From: an uncultured Gammaproteobacteria bacterium
GTDB taxonomy: Bacteria > Pseudomonadota > Gammaproteobacteria > UBA6002
DNA length: 64,000 bases
Direction of reading: 5' to 3'
NCBI GenBank assembly: GCA_963705725.1
Contig: CAVPKM010000013.1
Span: 1 to 64,000, forward strand
Shown here: positions 38,347 through 50,018 of the stretch, one piece after another
How the letters are laid out: every line of letters begins with the position of its first letter
Numbering within the stretch: position 1 is the first letter of the stretch
Translations under genes and position numbers: made by a program
The notes under the pieces: generated by a model
The model's database searches: none
The model's input: only the letters and a program-made list of their open reading frames with translations
What the model was told of the DNA's origin: nothing

Positions 38347-39873
38347 TTACTTGGGAGAAGCAGGACCCTTTGTTACGTCTTGCTCTTCTTGTCGTTTATC
38401 AAAATCTTGTTTATTAGTTTGCGTCATGCCGGTCACTGTTAACCCGGTTTTTGCGGCGATTAATGCGGCTTCAATTTGATGAGGATCGCGTATGGCGCTT
38501 ACGTCAACTGAATTGCCAGTGAGTGCCATCAGCTGTGCAATTTTTTCATAAGCTGTGGGCTCAAATTTATTCATCATCCATTGGTCCTTTTCTTCATCAT
38601 AATAAAGCTGCGTGGAATTAACAGAGGTTTTGAATCCGCTTGAAGTAGTGGCGATATTCTCTTCGCTAAATACCTGTTTTGCCATTTCGAGGTAGGTTTG
38701 AGGATCAATTTTCTGAGTAGATTGACCAGGTGTTAACGTAATGGTAGAGACATTTTGTGTCCAGCTGGGGCGACCTACCTGTTGTTTGGTGAGATAACGT
38801 GCTGTCCATTTGTCTAAAAATTGAGCAGCATCATGGAAGACTGGCTCTCCTTTCAAGGTGCCTAATGTTTCTCGAACGGCTTGAGAGATAAATTTAGTTT
38901 CTGCTGGATTTCTCCTTGCCATTAAAGAGGAGTCAAGTAGACCACTTATTTTTGCTAAAGCGACTGATCGAGTCGACTGTATTAGAAATTCTGCTTCGTG
39001 CCCGGTTAACACTCGATCAATAGCGGCATTCAACCCATTAGATAGTCGATCATACCGTGAAGCTTTAGATAGGGATTTTTCTTGGCGAGGCGCGTTTTCT
39101 GGACGCTGTAATCTAACTTTCATTCGATTAAATGTTTGCGCATAAAGGGATTCATGTAATAAATTTTTATCTAGCATGCGATGCATGCCGCTCGCCCCTT
39201 CTGGAAAAATATCATGTTTCTCAAGTGTATTGACTAAGGTATCAACAGCAGATTGTTGAAGATGATTGTCATAGTTATCAAGATGAGATTGTACTGCCTG
39301 TTTTTGTTTGATCGACAGTAACGGATTTGCTAATTCTTCTTTAAGCATTTCTCGGTTTTTTTCCGCCTGTTTATACTTACTTTCAATGGTCAGCCGGGCT
39401 TTATCTATATCCTCTCCATTTGAAAAGTATTTAATGAGAGAATTCAAATCCTGGACTTTAAAAGCTTTTAGGTTAATTCCTTTATCTAAGCTTTTTAAAT
39501 CTCCTTGCAAAAGCAATAAATTTTGGACAGTTTCGAGTTTGTGCATGGCTTTAGTGGGGAGTTTTTCTTGTTTTTCTATATAGAGCGCATACTCTTCTTC
39601 ATTAAGCTTTTCTCGTTCTTGACTGATTCTCTGTTGTATCCAATTTCGTTGTGCCGCTTCATCGGCTGCCGCGTAGCTTAGCATAAGACTGTTAAAATAT
39701 TTTGACAGTGGACTGTTCGGATTTTTTAATTGTAAAGCAACATCATTAGCGGAAAAGAAAGAGTTTTCTTCGATTTGCTGCGCCAGTCTATTAACGGTTC
39801 CCTCATTGCTGGGGTTGGCCATTGCAGCCTGGAGTAGTTGAATATCATCAGTATTAAGTTGACCACCTATCAC
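38347..39873 (-). CDS. Orphan coiled-coil protein, candidate effector with a C-terminal LPD7-like segment
   Basis: 508 aa, AGGAG RBS and TATAAT upstream, charged tail DFDKRQEEQD. Sits between rdgB and hslU. Confidence 0.6.
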   Translation of the reverse strand: MIGGQLNTDDIQLLQAAMANPSNEGTVNRLAQQIEENSFFSANDVALQLKNPNSPLSKYFNSLMLSYAAADEAAQRNWIQQRISQEREKLNEEEYALYIEKQEKLPTKAMHKLETVQNLLLLQGDLKSLDKGINLKAFKVQDLNSLIKYFSNGEDIDKARLTIESKYKQAEKNREMLKEELANPLLSIKQKQAVQSHLDNYDNHLQQSAVDTLVNTLEKHDIFPEGASGMHRMLDKNLLHESLYAQTFNRMKVRLQRPENAPRQEKSLSKASRYDRLSNGLNAAIDRVLTGHEAEFLIQSTRSVALAKISGLLDSSLMARRNPAETKFISQAVRETLGTLKGEPVFHDAAQFLDKWTARYLTKQQVGRPSWTQNVSTITLTPGQSTQKIDPQTYLEMAKQVFSEENIATTSSGFKTSVNSTQLYYDEEKDQWMMNKFEPTAYEKIAQLMALTGNSVDVSAIRDPHQIEAALIAAKTGLTVTGMTQTNKQDFDKRQEEQDVTKGPASPK

Positions 39874-39950
39874 AGCATCTTTCTCCTAATTTATCAAAGA
39901 TGTACTAATTATAGCTCATCGATTATATGACAGTTTTCGTGTTGCAGAGC

Positions 39951-41279
39951 TTAGAGTATATAACGGCTTAAATCTTCATCTTTAATAAGATGAGTTAGCT
40001 GTTTATTGACATATTTTTTATCAATCATGACTTGATCGCCCGCTCGATCCGGTGCCTCAAAAGAAATGACTTCGAGTAATTTTTCCATTATGGTATGTAG
40101 TCGCCTTGCGCCGATATTTTCAGTGCGTTCATTAACATGATAAGCGATTTCCGCTAGACGTTTAATACCGTCTTGGGCAAAAGCAAGATCCAAGCCTTCG
40201 GTCTTCATCAGCGCAACATACTGTTCGGTAAGTGAAGCATTGGGTTCAGTCAAAATGCGAATAAAATCTTCACTTGATAATGCGCTTAACTCAACGCGAA
40301 TAGGGAGCCTGCCTTGTAATTCAGGAATCAGGTCAGAGGGTTTAGCGAGATGAAAAGCGCCAGATGCAATAAATAAGACGTGATCGGTTTTTACCATTCC
40401 ATATTTAGTAAAAACAGTACTTCCTTCGATAATAGGTAATAAGTCTCTTTGCACGCCTTCTCTGGAAACATCACCCCCACCTTCGCGTTTAATAATTTTA
40501 TCTAATTCGTCAATAAAAATAATGCCATTTTGTTCAACGCTTTTAACGGCACGGGTTCTGATTTCATCTTCATTGAGCATTTTGCTGGCTTCATCTTCAG
40601 TGAGCTGCTTGAGCGCGTCTTTAATAGTCAGCTTTCGAGATTTAGTTCGGTCGCCGGCAATATTTTGAAAAATATTCTGAAGATGCGTGGTCATTTCTTC
40701 AATGCCGGGAGGTCCCATTATCTCCACTCCGACAGGCGGCAAGGAAACCTCTACTTCAATTTCTTTTTCATCTAATTCCCCTTCCTTGAGTTTATTGCGA
40801 AAAACTTGTCTAGCTGAGGATTCGCTTTCTTCAACTGCCTTTGCGCTTTTTGCTTGCGGTAATAGAATATCGAGAATTCTATCTTCGGCAGTTTCAGCGG
40901 CTCTTTGTTTGACCTTTTCAATCTCCATTTCTTTAATCATTTTATAAGCTACTTCAACCAGATCTCTAACCATTCCTTCTACATCTCGTCCCACATAGCC
41001 TACTTCAGTATACTTGGTGGCTTCTACCTTGAGAAAAGGAGAGCGAGTGAGCGCGGCTAAACGGCGCGCAATTTCAGTTTTTCCTACCCCGGTTGGACCA
41101 ATCATTAAAATATTTTTTGGAGTGACTTCTTTAGCGAGTTCAGGATCGAGCTGTAAACGACGCCATCTATTGCGAAGGGCATTTGCGACTGCACGCTTAG
41201 CATTATTCTGACCAATAATGTAGCGGTCAAGTTCGTGGACGATTTCTTTGGGAGTCATGGTCGAATCTAGATTAGTCAT
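39951..41279 (-). CDS. hslU: ATP-dependent protease ATPase subunit HslU
   Basis: [46 protein letters not shown]. Confidence 0.98.
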   Translation of the reverse strand: MTNLDSTMTPKEIVHELDRYIIGQNNAKRAVANALRNRWRRLQLDPELAKEVTPKNILMIGPTGVGKTEIARRLAALTRSPFLKVEATKYTEVGYVGRDVEGMVRDLVEVAYKMIKEMEIEKVKQRAAETAEDRILDILLPQAKSAKAVEESESSARQVFRNKLKEGELDEKEIEVEVSLPPVGVEIMGPPGIEEMTTHLQNIFQNIAGDRTKSRKLTIKDALKQLTEDEASKMLNEDEIRTRAVKSVEQNGIIFIDELDKIIKREGGGDVSREGVQRDLLPIIEGSTVFTKYGMVKTDHVLFIASGAFHLAKPSDLIPELQGRLPIRVELSALSSEDFIRILTEPNASLTEQYVALMKTEGLDLAFAQDGIKRLAEIAYHVNERTENIGARRLHTIMEKLLEVISFEAPDRAGDQVMIDKKYVNKQLTHLIKDEDLSRYIL

Positions 41280-41336
41280 AGGTATCTCAAGGGTAAATCG
41301 AGTTGATAAGTGCAGAATAAAACTCGGATTAAATAG

Positions 41337-41891
41337 TTACTCAAGCTCTTCAATAGTTAAGTTGTGATTGGTATAAACACAAATATTGGCGGCAATTTCC
41401 AGGCCTTTTTCAACAATCTTTTTAGCGCTAAGCTTGGTATTTTCTAGCAATGCTCTTGCTGCTGACTGCGCGTAAGGCCCTCCTGATCCAATCGCCATGA
41501 TGCTATTTTCAGGTTCAATAACATCACCATTGCCAGTGATCATCAAGGAAACGTGACGATCTGCAACCGCTAATAATGCTTCAAGGCGCCTTAACATTCT
41601 ATCTGTCCGCCAGTCTTTAGCGAGTTCGACAGCCGAGCGCATAAGGTTACCTGAATGTTTTTCAAGCTTTGCCTCAAAAAGTTCAAAAAGCGTAAAAGCA
41701 TCTGCTGTTGCACCTGCAAAACCCGCGATGACTTTATCGCCGTATAATCGTCTCACCTTACGGGCATTGCTTTTCATGACAATTGCATTGCCCATAGTCA
41801 CTTGGCCATCGCCACCAATCACCACCTTGCCATCACGGCGAACCGATAAAATAGTCGTGCCTCTAAATTGTTGCAATTCTTTTATCCTCAT
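41337..41891 (-). CDS. hslV: ATP-dependent protease subunit HslV
   Basis: [25 protein letters not shown]. Confidence 0.98.
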   Translation of the reverse strand: MRIKELQQFRGTTILSVRRDGKVVIGGDGQVTMGNAIVMKSNARKVRRLYGDKVIAGFAGATADAFTLFELFEAKLEKHSGNLMRSAVELAKDWRTDRMLRRLEALLAVADRHVSLMITGNGDVIEPENSIMAIGSGGPYAQSAARALLENTKLSAKKIVEKGLEIAANICVYTNHNLTIEELE

Positions 41892-41973
41892 TTTGAAAAT
41901 CGAGATGGTAAGATCGAGTTAAACAGTATATTTATATATGGGGATAAGCGACAAGTTTTCAAGTCAAAAGCCT

Positions 41974-42527
41974 TTAAAGCGTTTTTTTAATAACGACCAC
42001 ACTATCAATTGCATTTTTTTCTAATTTTTTTTGCATTTCATCTGCCAAAGTTCGTGACAGGTAGGGACCCATATAAAGCTTATAATGAGTTTTTTGTTTA
42101 CTAACGAAAACCTTTTCAAAACCCATTAATACCAGTTGAGCTTTTCGTTCATCTGCCTCTTGGTAATGAGTAAACTTACCGAGTTCAAGTTGAAAGCGGG
42201 GTTCGGCTTCATTAATGCTTATATCTTTCGCTTCTTCCTTAATTGACGTTTTTTCATCTGGCGCAAGCAGGTCGTAGAAATCATAGTTTGGTGAAGCTTC
42301 TTTTTTCAAGCGGTTGAGTTTAAGTCTTGTATGATCATGATGCTTGAATGGGGTAACCTTGTGGGTAGCAATTTGATCCGAGTTTAATGAATGATGTAGA
42401 TAGAATCGTAATAAAAAAAGCTTGGTATCGCAAGTCCAATAATCATGCCCACTCCGAGCCAGGCAAGGGGAGAAGATTTTTTTTGCGCTCTTTTTTTATA
42501 GGCAGTTTTCGATTTTCGTTTAGTCAT
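41974..42527 (-). CDS. ftsN: SPOR-domain cell division protein (FtsN-like), frameshifted at an A7 run (42413-42419)
   Basis: The N-terminal part MTKRKSK...WLGVGMIIGLAIP (TM) joins the frame encoding YDFYDLL and a SPOR domain (LELGKF..A...KAQL, MGPY). Conserved argS-SPOR-hslV synteny. Confidence 0.75.
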
Positions 42528-42543
42528 AAGAAAAGTTCTATGT

Positions 42544-44295
42544 TTACATCACATTTGGAGCAGATACCCCGATAATTTGCAGGCTATTTGCTAGTACTAT
42601 TTTAATCGCAAAGATTAATCCTAATCTTGCATTTCTCATTGCCTCATCTGAAACGATAAATTTGCAAGCATTGTAATAGGCATGAAAGCGATTGGCTAAA
42701 TCTTGCAGGTAGTGTACCAGAATATAAGGCTCGTAATTGATGGCTGCTGCTTCTATCGTTTCTGGATATTGTGAAAGCAAGCGCAATAAATCTTTTTCAT
42801 TATCAGTAGTTAATAGATGAGAAAAGCGAGAGAGTGATACACTTTCAAAAGCAATCGCTTGATGTTCGAGCTGGCGCATGACGCTGCAAATTCGAGCATG
42901 AGCATATTGAATATAAAAAACGGGATTTTCGTTCGTTTTTGATTTTGCTAGTTCCAGATCAAAATCTAAATGTTGGTCCACTTTTCTTGTTAAATAAAAA
43001 AAGCGTGTGGCGTCATTACCCACTTCCTTGCGTAATTCGCGCAAGGTCACAAATACTCCGCCGCGAGTTGTCATTGGGATTTTTTGCTTGCCGCGATATA
43101 GTGCAACAAATTGCACGAGTTGAACGGTTAATTTACGCTCATCTTTGCCTACTGCTCGTAGAAAAGATTTAATTCGGGGAGCGTAACCATGATGATCAGC
43201 GCCGAAAATATCGACCATCAAGTCAAACCCTCTTTCGAATTTATTTAAATGATAACCAACATCTGAGGCAAAATAGGTGGCTTGACCATTGTCCCGGATG
43301 ACAACTCGATCTTTTTCATCGCCATAGGACGTCGCTTGAAACCAAGTTGCGCCATCGCGTACATAGATGCAGTGGTTCTGGTGTAGCTGATCAATGCCAT
43401 TTTGAACATCACCATTGTTCTCAAGGCTTTTCTCCGAGAACCATTCTTGAAAAGTGATGCCAAATTCAGCTAGATCTTCATGGATGTCAGTTAAAATTTG
43501 TTTAAGGCCAAGATTAAATAGGATTTCGTAGTCATTGCCTAGCAAGTTTTTAGTACGCGAAATCAAGGCATCGATATAAATTTCTTTATCGCCCTGACCA
43601 TCTTCAGTTTCATCAAGAGGCAGATCTTGAAAAATTTGGTGAATAGGTCTTAAAAATTTTTCTTGATGCAGAGATTTAACTACTTTTGCAACATCAATGA
43701 CATAGTTAGCAACGTAGCCATTTCTTGGAAAAGTAATCGACTCACCGAGTAGCTCAAGATATCTTAACCAAATACTGATGGCCAAAATATGCATTTGGCG
43801 CCCAGCATCATTCACGTAATACTCACGATGAACTTTATAGCCAACCGCTTCAAGTAAATTGGCTACGGTGGCTCCATAAGCTGCGTGCCTTCCGTGCCCA
43901 ACATGTAGCGGGCCAGTTGGATTGGCAGAAACAAATTCCACAATGGCTTTTTTCCCTGCGCCTAAGGAAGATTGACCATAGATACCATCCTGCTTAATGA
44001 TTTCAGCAATAATTTGTTGCAAAGCCTGATCTGTGAGATGAAAGTTGATAAAACCTGGCCCAGCCATTGCAACTTGTTTGATTTCTGCAGTAACCGGAAG
44101 ATGAGAAATAATTTTTTTGCCAAGGTCTTGGGGATTAATTTTTAATGTTTTTGCTAGAGCCATAGCCGTGTTGCAGGCAAAATCACCATGCTTGCTATCC
44201 CGAGTTCGTTCGATATGAATTTTCTCAGGCATATCCGATTCATTTAAAAATTGATGTAAACTTGCTCGTACTAAGCTTGCAATTTTTGCTTTCAT
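42544..44295 (-). CDS. argS: Arginine--tRNA ligase
   Basis: EFVSANPTGPLHVGHGR, GADHHGY, YIQYAHAR, GVSAP..M. Confidence 0.98.
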   Translation of the reverse strand: MKAKIASLVRASLHQFLNESDMPEKIHIERTRDSKHGDFACNTAMALAKTLKINPQDLGKKIISHLPVTAEIKQVAMAGPGFINFHLTDQALQQIIAEIIKQDGIYGQSSLGAGKKAIVEFVSANPTGPLHVGHGRHAAYGATVANLLEAVGYKVHREYYVNDAGRQMHILAISIWLRYLELLGESITFPRNGYVANYVIDVAKVVKSLHQEKFLRPIHQIFQDLPLDETEDGQGDKEIYIDALISRTKNLLGNDYEILFNLGLKQILTDIHEDLAEFGITFQEWFSEKSLENNGDVQNGIDQLHQNHCIYVRDGATWFQATSYGDEKDRVVIRDNGQATYFASDVGYHLNKFERGFDLMVDIFGADHHGYAPRIKSFLRAVGKDERKLTVQLVQFVALYRGKQKIPMTTRGGVFVTLRELRKEVGNDATRFFYLTRKVDQHLDFDLELAKSKTNENPVFYIQYAHARICSVMRQLEHQAIAFESVSLSRFSHLLTTDNEKDLLRLLSQYPETIEAAAINYEPYILVHYLQDLANRFHAYYNACKFIVSDEAMRNARLGLIFAIKIVLANSLQIIGVSAPNVM

Positions 44296-44367
44296 GAGGT
44301 TTCTTCTTAATTCGGATAGACAGGCTGAAGCAAAGATTCTAACAGATAAAGCCAATAAATGGTGTAA

Positions 44368-45303
44368 CTATTCAATATCCGATCCTGGGTGAATGGATTT
44401 TAGGCGAGACCTTGCCCAATCATAGGGTGTTAAATAAACCTCATAAAGTTTTGCCTCTTGGCTGCCAGGGGTGGGTTGCCAATTATACTCCCAGGAAACC
44501 ATGGGAGGGAGGGAGATTAAAATAGATTCGATTCTGCCTGCTGACTGCAAGCCAAATAACGTGCCTCTATCATAAAGTAAGTTAAACTCCACGTAGCGAC
44601 CCCTGCGATAATGTTGAAATGCTTTTTGCGCTTCTCCATAGCCTATATCTTTGCGTTTATCAACAATTGGGAAATAAGCTTTGATAAAATGCTCCCCTGC
44701 GCTTTGCAAAAAATGAAAACAAGTTTCGAAATCCCAGCAATTAAGGTCATCAAAAAAAATTCCGCCAATTCCTCTTGGTTCATTGCGATGTGTTAAAAAG
44801 AAATAGTCATCGGCCCATTGTTTATATTGAGGATAAACGGCTTTGCCAAAAGGATCGCATGCCTGCTTTGCGGTTTGATGCCAATGAATACAATCTTCAT
44901 CAAATCCATAATAAGGCGTAAGATCAAAACCGCCACCAAACCACCAATCCGCGTTGTCGCCTGTTTGAAAGAAACGAAAATTGGCGTGGCAAGTCGGCAC
45001 ATAAGGATTTTCAGGGTGAATAATAGTAGAGAGGCCGACAGCGTGAAAGCTGGTGCCTTTAAGAGCAGGGCGAAGCTTCGAAGCGGAGGCAGGAAGCTCA
45101 GTGCCCCAGACATGAGAGAAATTAATGCCGGCTTTTTCAAATAGACTGCCTTTTGTAATTGCAAGAGTTTTTCCGCCTCCACCTTGCGCTCGTTGCCAGT
45201 CTTCTTCGCATATTTGAACTTGTTCATCTCTTTGTTGGATTGAGCTTAATATTTCCTGTTGTAGTTTCAATAAATAATTTTTGACTGCTTCTACCTTAAC
45301 CAT
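44368..45303 (-). CDS. hemF: Oxygen-dependent coproporphyrinogen III oxidase
   Basis: [39 protein letters not shown]. Confidence 0.98.
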   Translation of the reverse strand: MVKVEAVKNYLLKLQQEILSSIQQRDEQVQICEEDWQRAQGGGGKTLAITKGSLFEKAGINFSHVWGTELPASASKLRPALKGTSFHAVGLSTIIHPENPYVPTCHANFRFFQTGDNADWWFGGGFDLTPYYGFDEDCIHWHQTAKQACDPFGKAVYPQYKQWADDYFFLTHRNEPRGIGGIFFDDLNCWDFETCFHFLQSAGEHFIKAYFPIVDKRKDIGYGEAQKAFQHYRRGRYVEFNLLYDRGTLFGLQSAGRIESILISLPPMVSWEYNWQPTPGSQEAKLYEVYLTPYDWARSRLKSIHPGSDIE

Positions 45304-45304
45304 C

Positions 45305-47683
45305 CTAAAATAACTCCTCTCCTTCTTCTTGTGTGTCCTTTTTTTCTGTTGTTAGAGCGGGTTCTTCAGCGTTTTCCTTTTTCTCAAGATTGGGTTTATC
45401 GAGTTCAAGTGAAGTATTGATATCCTCATCTGTATTTTCCGATGCCTCGCTTGGCGGCTCAATTTTTTCAACAGGGGCTTCTTTCTTTGTAGGTGGTGCA
45501 TTATCGTCATTGGGTAAGTGCGCTTTATCGAATAATTCATCAATACCAATTGGGTTGGTATCATCAGTAAAGCCATTTCGATTAAGACGAATTTTTATAA
45601 TATTAGGCGGTTGGCTGAGTGTATGTTCTGGCTTGCCACTTAATGCTGCTCGCATGAAATCAATCCAAATGGGCAAGGCCGCATCTGCACCATATTCAGC
45701 GAGCGAACGTTGCTGGTCAAAGCCCACCCAAACTGTGGTTACAATATCGCTATTATATCCCGCAAACCAACCATCCATTTGATCGTTTGTTGTGCCTGTC
45801 TTGCCCGCAATATCCTGACGATTTAAGACTGAGGCTCGTCGTCCAGTGCCTTGGCGAATCACATCTTGTAGCGCGCTGTTCATCAAATAGGCATTTTCAG
45901 GAGTGATAGCCCTTTCTAAAGAAGGAGGATTAGCATGGTAGACTTCCATGCCATTATCATCATCAATATGATCGATGAAATAAGGTTTTATGCGATAACC
46001 GCCATTAGCAAAAGTGGCGTAGCCAGATGCAAGTTGAATAGGAGTGGCGGAATTTGTTCCCAATGCTAAGGTTAAATTTTTTGGCATATCATTAGGGTCA
46101 AAACCAAACAAGCTGGCATATTGAATAGCGTAAGGCACGCCAATTTCTTGCAGCAAGCGAATAGAAACCGTATTGCGAGAATGCACCAGGCCAAAGCGTA
46201 AGCGCGTTGGACCGTAAAATTTCAGATTTGAATTTTGAGGTCGCCAGGCAGTATTTGAGCCTGTGGTATAAAGCTCAATGGGCGCGTCGTCAATAATGCT
46301 TGCCCAAGTGAATCCTTTTTCTAATGCGGCAGAGTAAACGAATGGCTTAAAACTTGATCCAGGTTGGCGCTTGGCTTGGGTGGCTCGGTTATAGGGGCTT
46401 TGATTAAAAGAAAAACCACCGGTTAGCGCAAGAATCATACCGGTAGAAGGATCAAGTGAAACAAGGGCAGCTTCAGCTCTAGGTATCTGCGTGAGCGCCC
46501 AGCCGTTTGGTAGGCGCTTGACTCGAACAATGTCTCCTCTTGAGAGTTTATTCTTTGTCCAGTCGGTTGCTTCAATTGTTATTTTCATGCGGTTAGCCAG
46601 CATTCCGGTGATGCTATGCTGGGTGGTGATAATCACTGCAGGAATCATCCCGTTGATGGTTGGCGTTTTTCTTAATTTAACTAGCCATTGAGAAGGCTTG
46701 GCGATATGTCTTTCAACGCCATGAAAGCCATGGCGCTTATCATAATTGATCAAACCATTTTTCAGTGCTTCATTTGCTGCAGTTTGTAAGCGTGAATCGA
46801 TTGTCGTATAAACTTTTAATCCACTTGTGTAAGCGGCGTCCCCGTATGCTTCAAGCATGGCCGCTCTTACCATCTCGCCGACATAAGGCGCTTCCATCGT
46901 TTTGTTGCGATTATGTAATTTTGCATTGACGGGAGAGGTGATCGCGGAATCAAATTCCCGCTGGCTAATGTAGCGATTAGCTAGCATGCGCTCTAAAACA
47001 TGATTGCGTCTTTCAAGAGCACCTTTGGGATTGTCGATCGGGTTATCTCGAGAAGGGGCTTGTGGCAAGCCAGCAAGCAAGGCAATTTCAGAAAGGTTCA
47101 AATCCTTTAAAGATTTGCCAAAATAGACCTCTGCCGCAGCTGCAACGCCGTAAGTTCGCTGACCCAGATAAATTTTGTTTAAGTAAAGTTCAAGTACCTT
47201 TTCCTTGCTGAGCGTCGCATCAATTTTTAGCGCTAATAAAATTTCGTTTAACTTTCTGCCATAGGTTTTTTGTCTCGAAAGAAAGAAGTTTCTTGCTACC
47301 TGCATGGTGATGGTGCTGGCACCTTGCGATTTGCGACCGGTGACAAGCAACTCTCGAGTAGCGCGTACCAAACCAATTAGGTCTACACCAGGATGCTCGT
47401 AGTAACGTTGATCTTCGGTAGCTAGGACGCCCTGGACAAGGCGTCGTGGTATTTCGTTAAGACTGACAGGGATGCGATGATTTTCTCCATATTCTGCGAT
47501 TAACTTGCCATCTTTGGTAAAAACGCGTAGCGGAACCTGCAATTGCATATTTTTTAAAGCGCTAACATCGGGTAACTGAAGGTAGATAAAGAAAATAATG
47601 CAGCCGATTGCTAGGACGCTGGTGATTAGCAGGCTAAAGAAGGTAAGAAAGCTACTTTTTATTATTTTTTGTATTATTTTCAT
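45305..47683 (-). CDS. mrcA: Penicillin-binding protein 1A
   Basis: [26 protein letters not shown] (SxxK), GKTGTTN. Acidic disordered tail. Confidence 0.97.
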   Translation of the reverse strand: MKIIQKIIKSSFLTFFSLLITSVLAIGCIIFFIYLQLPDVSALKNMQLQVPLRVFTKDGKLIAEYGENHRIPVSLNEIPRRLVQGVLATEDQRYYEHPGVDLIGLVRATRELLVTGRKSQGASTITMQVARNFFLSRQKTYGRKLNEILLALKIDATLSKEKVLELYLNKIYLGQRTYGVAAAAEVYFGKSLKDLNLSEIALLAGLPQAPSRDNPIDNPKGALERRNHVLERMLANRYISQREFDSAITSPVNAKLHNRNKTMEAPYVGEMVRAAMLEAYGDAAYTSGLKVYTTIDSRLQTAANEALKNGLINYDKRHGFHGVERHIAKPSQWLVKLRKTPTINGMIPAVIITTQHSITGMLANRMKITIEATDWTKNKLSRGDIVRVKRLPNGWALTQIPRAEAALVSLDPSTGMILALTGGFSFNQSPYNRATQAKRQPGSSFKPFVYSAALEKGFTWASIIDDAPIELYTTGSNTAWRPQNSNLKFYGPTRLRFGLVHSRNTVSIRLLQEIGVPYAIQYASLFGFDPNDMPKNLTLALGTNSATPIQLASGYATFANGGYRIKPYFIDHIDDDNGMEVYHANPPSLERAITPENAYLMNSALQDVIRQGTGRRASVLNRQDIAGKTGTTNDQMDGWFAGYNSDIVTTVWVGFDQQRSLAEYGADAALPIWIDFMRAALSGKPEHTLSQPPNIIKIRLNRNGFTDDTNPIGIDELFDKAHLPNDDNAPPTKKEAPVEKIEPPSEASENTDEDINTSLELDKPNLEKKENAEEPALTTEKKDTQEEGEELF

Positions 47684-47885
47684 GTTAATTTTAGCTTTTT
47701 ACTCGTTTATATTTAGGGATTTTTGAAAGATTTGTTTTTGTAGCGCTTGCGAATTAATACGCTATTTATTTTATTAATTAAGGACAATCATTTTAACATA
47801 AAAAATATTCTTTCACTAAGAAAAGCATGTAGGTTACCCCGTATTTTTAGCGAGTTGTTATGAGTGTTTAATGGAATAAAATAAG

Positions 47886-48740
47886 GTGATGTATGCAATA
47901 GAGCTGAGCCAGATGAAAATAGGAACGCGCAAAGAAAATACCATAATAGGCATGAGCGTGAATAAAACACATTTGTTTTATTCACTAGTCGGACATCATA
48001 AAAATGAACAAGTGCTGCTCAATCAAGGATCAGTCAAGATAGAAGAAACAGAAAAATTACTCGATCATATTAAGTCTTCATTCGATTTTCCTTGTTACTT
48101 AGCGGTCCCTCATTCGTTCATGATGTCAAAAATTTTGCATTTCACAGAGGAGTTTAAGGAAGCGGAGATTTTAAATCTTCTGACTTTTAATGCTGAGCAG
48201 TATTTTTCTTGTCCTAGAGAAGAAATTTGTTTCGACTTTGAGTTTATTAATCATACAAAAAAAGACATTCGAGTAATAGCGGGTAAAAAAGAGTACATTG
48301 CAAACTGGAAAAAATTATTTTTAAGTAAAAAACTTAAGTTAAAAGTGATAAGCATTGATTTTATTGCAGTAGAGCGCTTGTTATTAAATTTGAAACTGAA
48401 TGACAATCAGGTTTACGCGATTTTTTTATGGCAGAATTTTGAGTTGGTGCAAATAATATTCGCAGAAGGGCGAGCGCTTTTTTATCAAAACTGTCTCATT
48501 CCAGAAGGCAACATGCAAAGCTTAGCACAGGAAATAACTCAATTTCTGCGTTTATATGAAATGAAAAAAATAAAAGTAAATGTTGTCTCACAAATAGTAT
48601 TGTTAGGCTTTGATGAAGAAATGATTGAAAAATTTCAAAATCAATACGCCTTAAATATTCTAGATACTTCAAAATTCAAAAAAAAATTTTTTATTGGCGC
48701 TTCGTGTCTTTTGTCAATTGGTATGGTGATTAAATGTTAA
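47886..48740 (+). CDS. pilM: Divergent PilM-like protein
   Basis: First gene of the operon divergent from mrcA, with the EAEQY-like segment AEQYF....EICFDF and L.VISIDF.A..R. Confidence 0.65.
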   Translation: MMYAIELSQMKIGTRKENTIIGMSVNKTHLFYSLVGHHKNEQVLLNQGSVKIEETEKLLDHIKSSFDFPCYLAVPHSFMMSKILHFTEEFKEAEILNLLTFNAEQYFSCPREEICFDFEFINHTKKDIRVIAGKKEYIANWKKLFLSKKLKLKVISIDFIAVERLLLNLKLNDNQVYAIFLWQNFELVQIIFAEGRALFYQNCLIPEGNMQSLAQEITQFLRLYEMKKIKVNVVSQIVLLGFDEEMIEKFQNQYALNILDTSKFKKKFFIGASCLLSIGMVIKC

Positions 48741-49252
48741 ATCTATTGCCTTGGCGAGAAGAAAAGCAAAAAAAAATTAAAAAAGTTTTATGGATGGGAT
48801 TGGTTATTACCATAATGCTATCTGCTATAGCGACGCATTGTGTCCGAAAATCGTGCGAAGAAAAAACCGAAAAACTAAAACAATCAAATGAAATTTTAAA
48901 AACAAAATTACAGGCATGCCGTATTAGTAATGAAAATTTTTCAAAAGAATTAATCAAGTATCGCAGGCCATTAATTAAGGAAAAATTAAAAAATAGGCAG
49001 ATCGAGGTTTCGCGTTTGCTCACTTTAGTTACTGCAGCTTTTCCTGAAAATGGAAAGGCGGAATATGTCTTATTTACTGATAAAGGGTTGGTGGTAAATG
49101 GGGTGTTAAATAATGCGAATCAAGAGTCATTAAACAATTTTGTGAAAAAACTTCAGATTAACTATAAAAAAAATATTGCCATTATAAAAAATATTAAACA
49201 TGAGGAAACGGTGTGTTTCACGATAGGGTTTAGCTTAAAAGGAACGACTTAA
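48734..49252 (+). CDS. pilN: PilN-like protein
   Basis: N-terminal LNLLPWRE motif followed by a TM segment and coiled coil. Confidence 0.8.
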   Translation: MLNLLPWREEKQKKIKKVLWMGLVITIMLSAIATHCVRKSCEEKTEKLKQSNEILKTKLQACRISNENFSKELIKYRRPLIKEKLKNRQIEVSRLLTLVTAAFPENGKAEYVLFTDKGLVVNGVLNNANQESLNNFVKKLQINYKKNIAIIKNIKHEETVCFTIGFSLKGTT

Positions 49253-49716
49253 TGACCAAATCCTTCTTTTCTAATAAATTATGGATGTTCGCTATCCTTA
49301 TTTTATTTCAATGGCTGGTTGAATATACGTTGCTGATTTCAAAATACAAAAATTCTCTTGCGGAGAATAAATTAATCAATGGTCAATTGAAGGAAAAAAT
49401 AACCGTATTAAATAAGGTTAACAAAGAAAAATTTAATCAATTATTAGCGTGTAGCCAAGCTAGAGTATATGAAAAATTTCATAGGGATTCAAAAAAAATT
49501 AAATTATTGTTGCAAGAGATGGCAAGAAATTCAGGCTTATCAATGGAGGAATTAAATAAAAATGAGCAAGGTTATTTTATGTTAATGAGAGGGAGTTGGA
49601 ATCAATTTTTAGATTTTTATCATCGCTGTGGTAAGGAAAGCATCCTTATTTCAGATTTTATTGTAAGTGATGGTGAGCAAGATTTATCTATCTATCTGAA
49701 AATTGATCAACAATGA
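49252..49716 (+). CDS. pilO: PilO-like protein (divergent)
   Basis: Position, TM plus coiled coil, RGSWNQFLDF motif. Confidence 0.6.
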   Translation: MTKSFFSNKLWMFAILILFQWLVEYTLLISKYKNSLAENKLINGQLKEKITVLNKVNKEKFNQLLACSQARVYEKFHRDSKKIKLLLQEMARNSGLSMEELNKNEQGYFMLMRGSWNQFLDFYHRCGKESILISDFIVSDGEQDLSIYLKIDQQ

Positions 49717-50018
49717 AATGGTTGGTGAGTTTGTCATTATTAATCGCCGCCTGTCCTGGATTTTCGATGAGAAATATTTTTAAGCAAGAACGGCAAATGA
49801 TTTTCAAATCAATTATAGAAATTTCTCCAGATCACTTACATATGATCGGTTATTTAAAATCTGAAAATCTGCTATGTGCGTTTTTGGAGGATAATATGGG
49901 TAGCATTTATCCTGTAAAATTAGGTCACGCAATTGGTGGAGAAAAGTATCAGGTAATGAAAATTGAAAAACAGCGAGTCCTACTTTTTAATGGTCAACAT
50001 TTTACTGTTATCCAATGA
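49713..50018 (+). CDS. pilP: PilP-like protein (short)
   Basis: Signal peptide, L.MIG.L...AFLED..G.IY.VK.G..IG, directly before the secretin. Confidence 0.65.
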   Translation: MKWLVSLSLLIAACPGFSMRNIFKQERQMIFKSIIEISPDHLHMIGYLKSENLLCAFLEDNMGSIYPVKLGHAIGGEKYQVMKIEKQRVLLFNGQHFTVIQ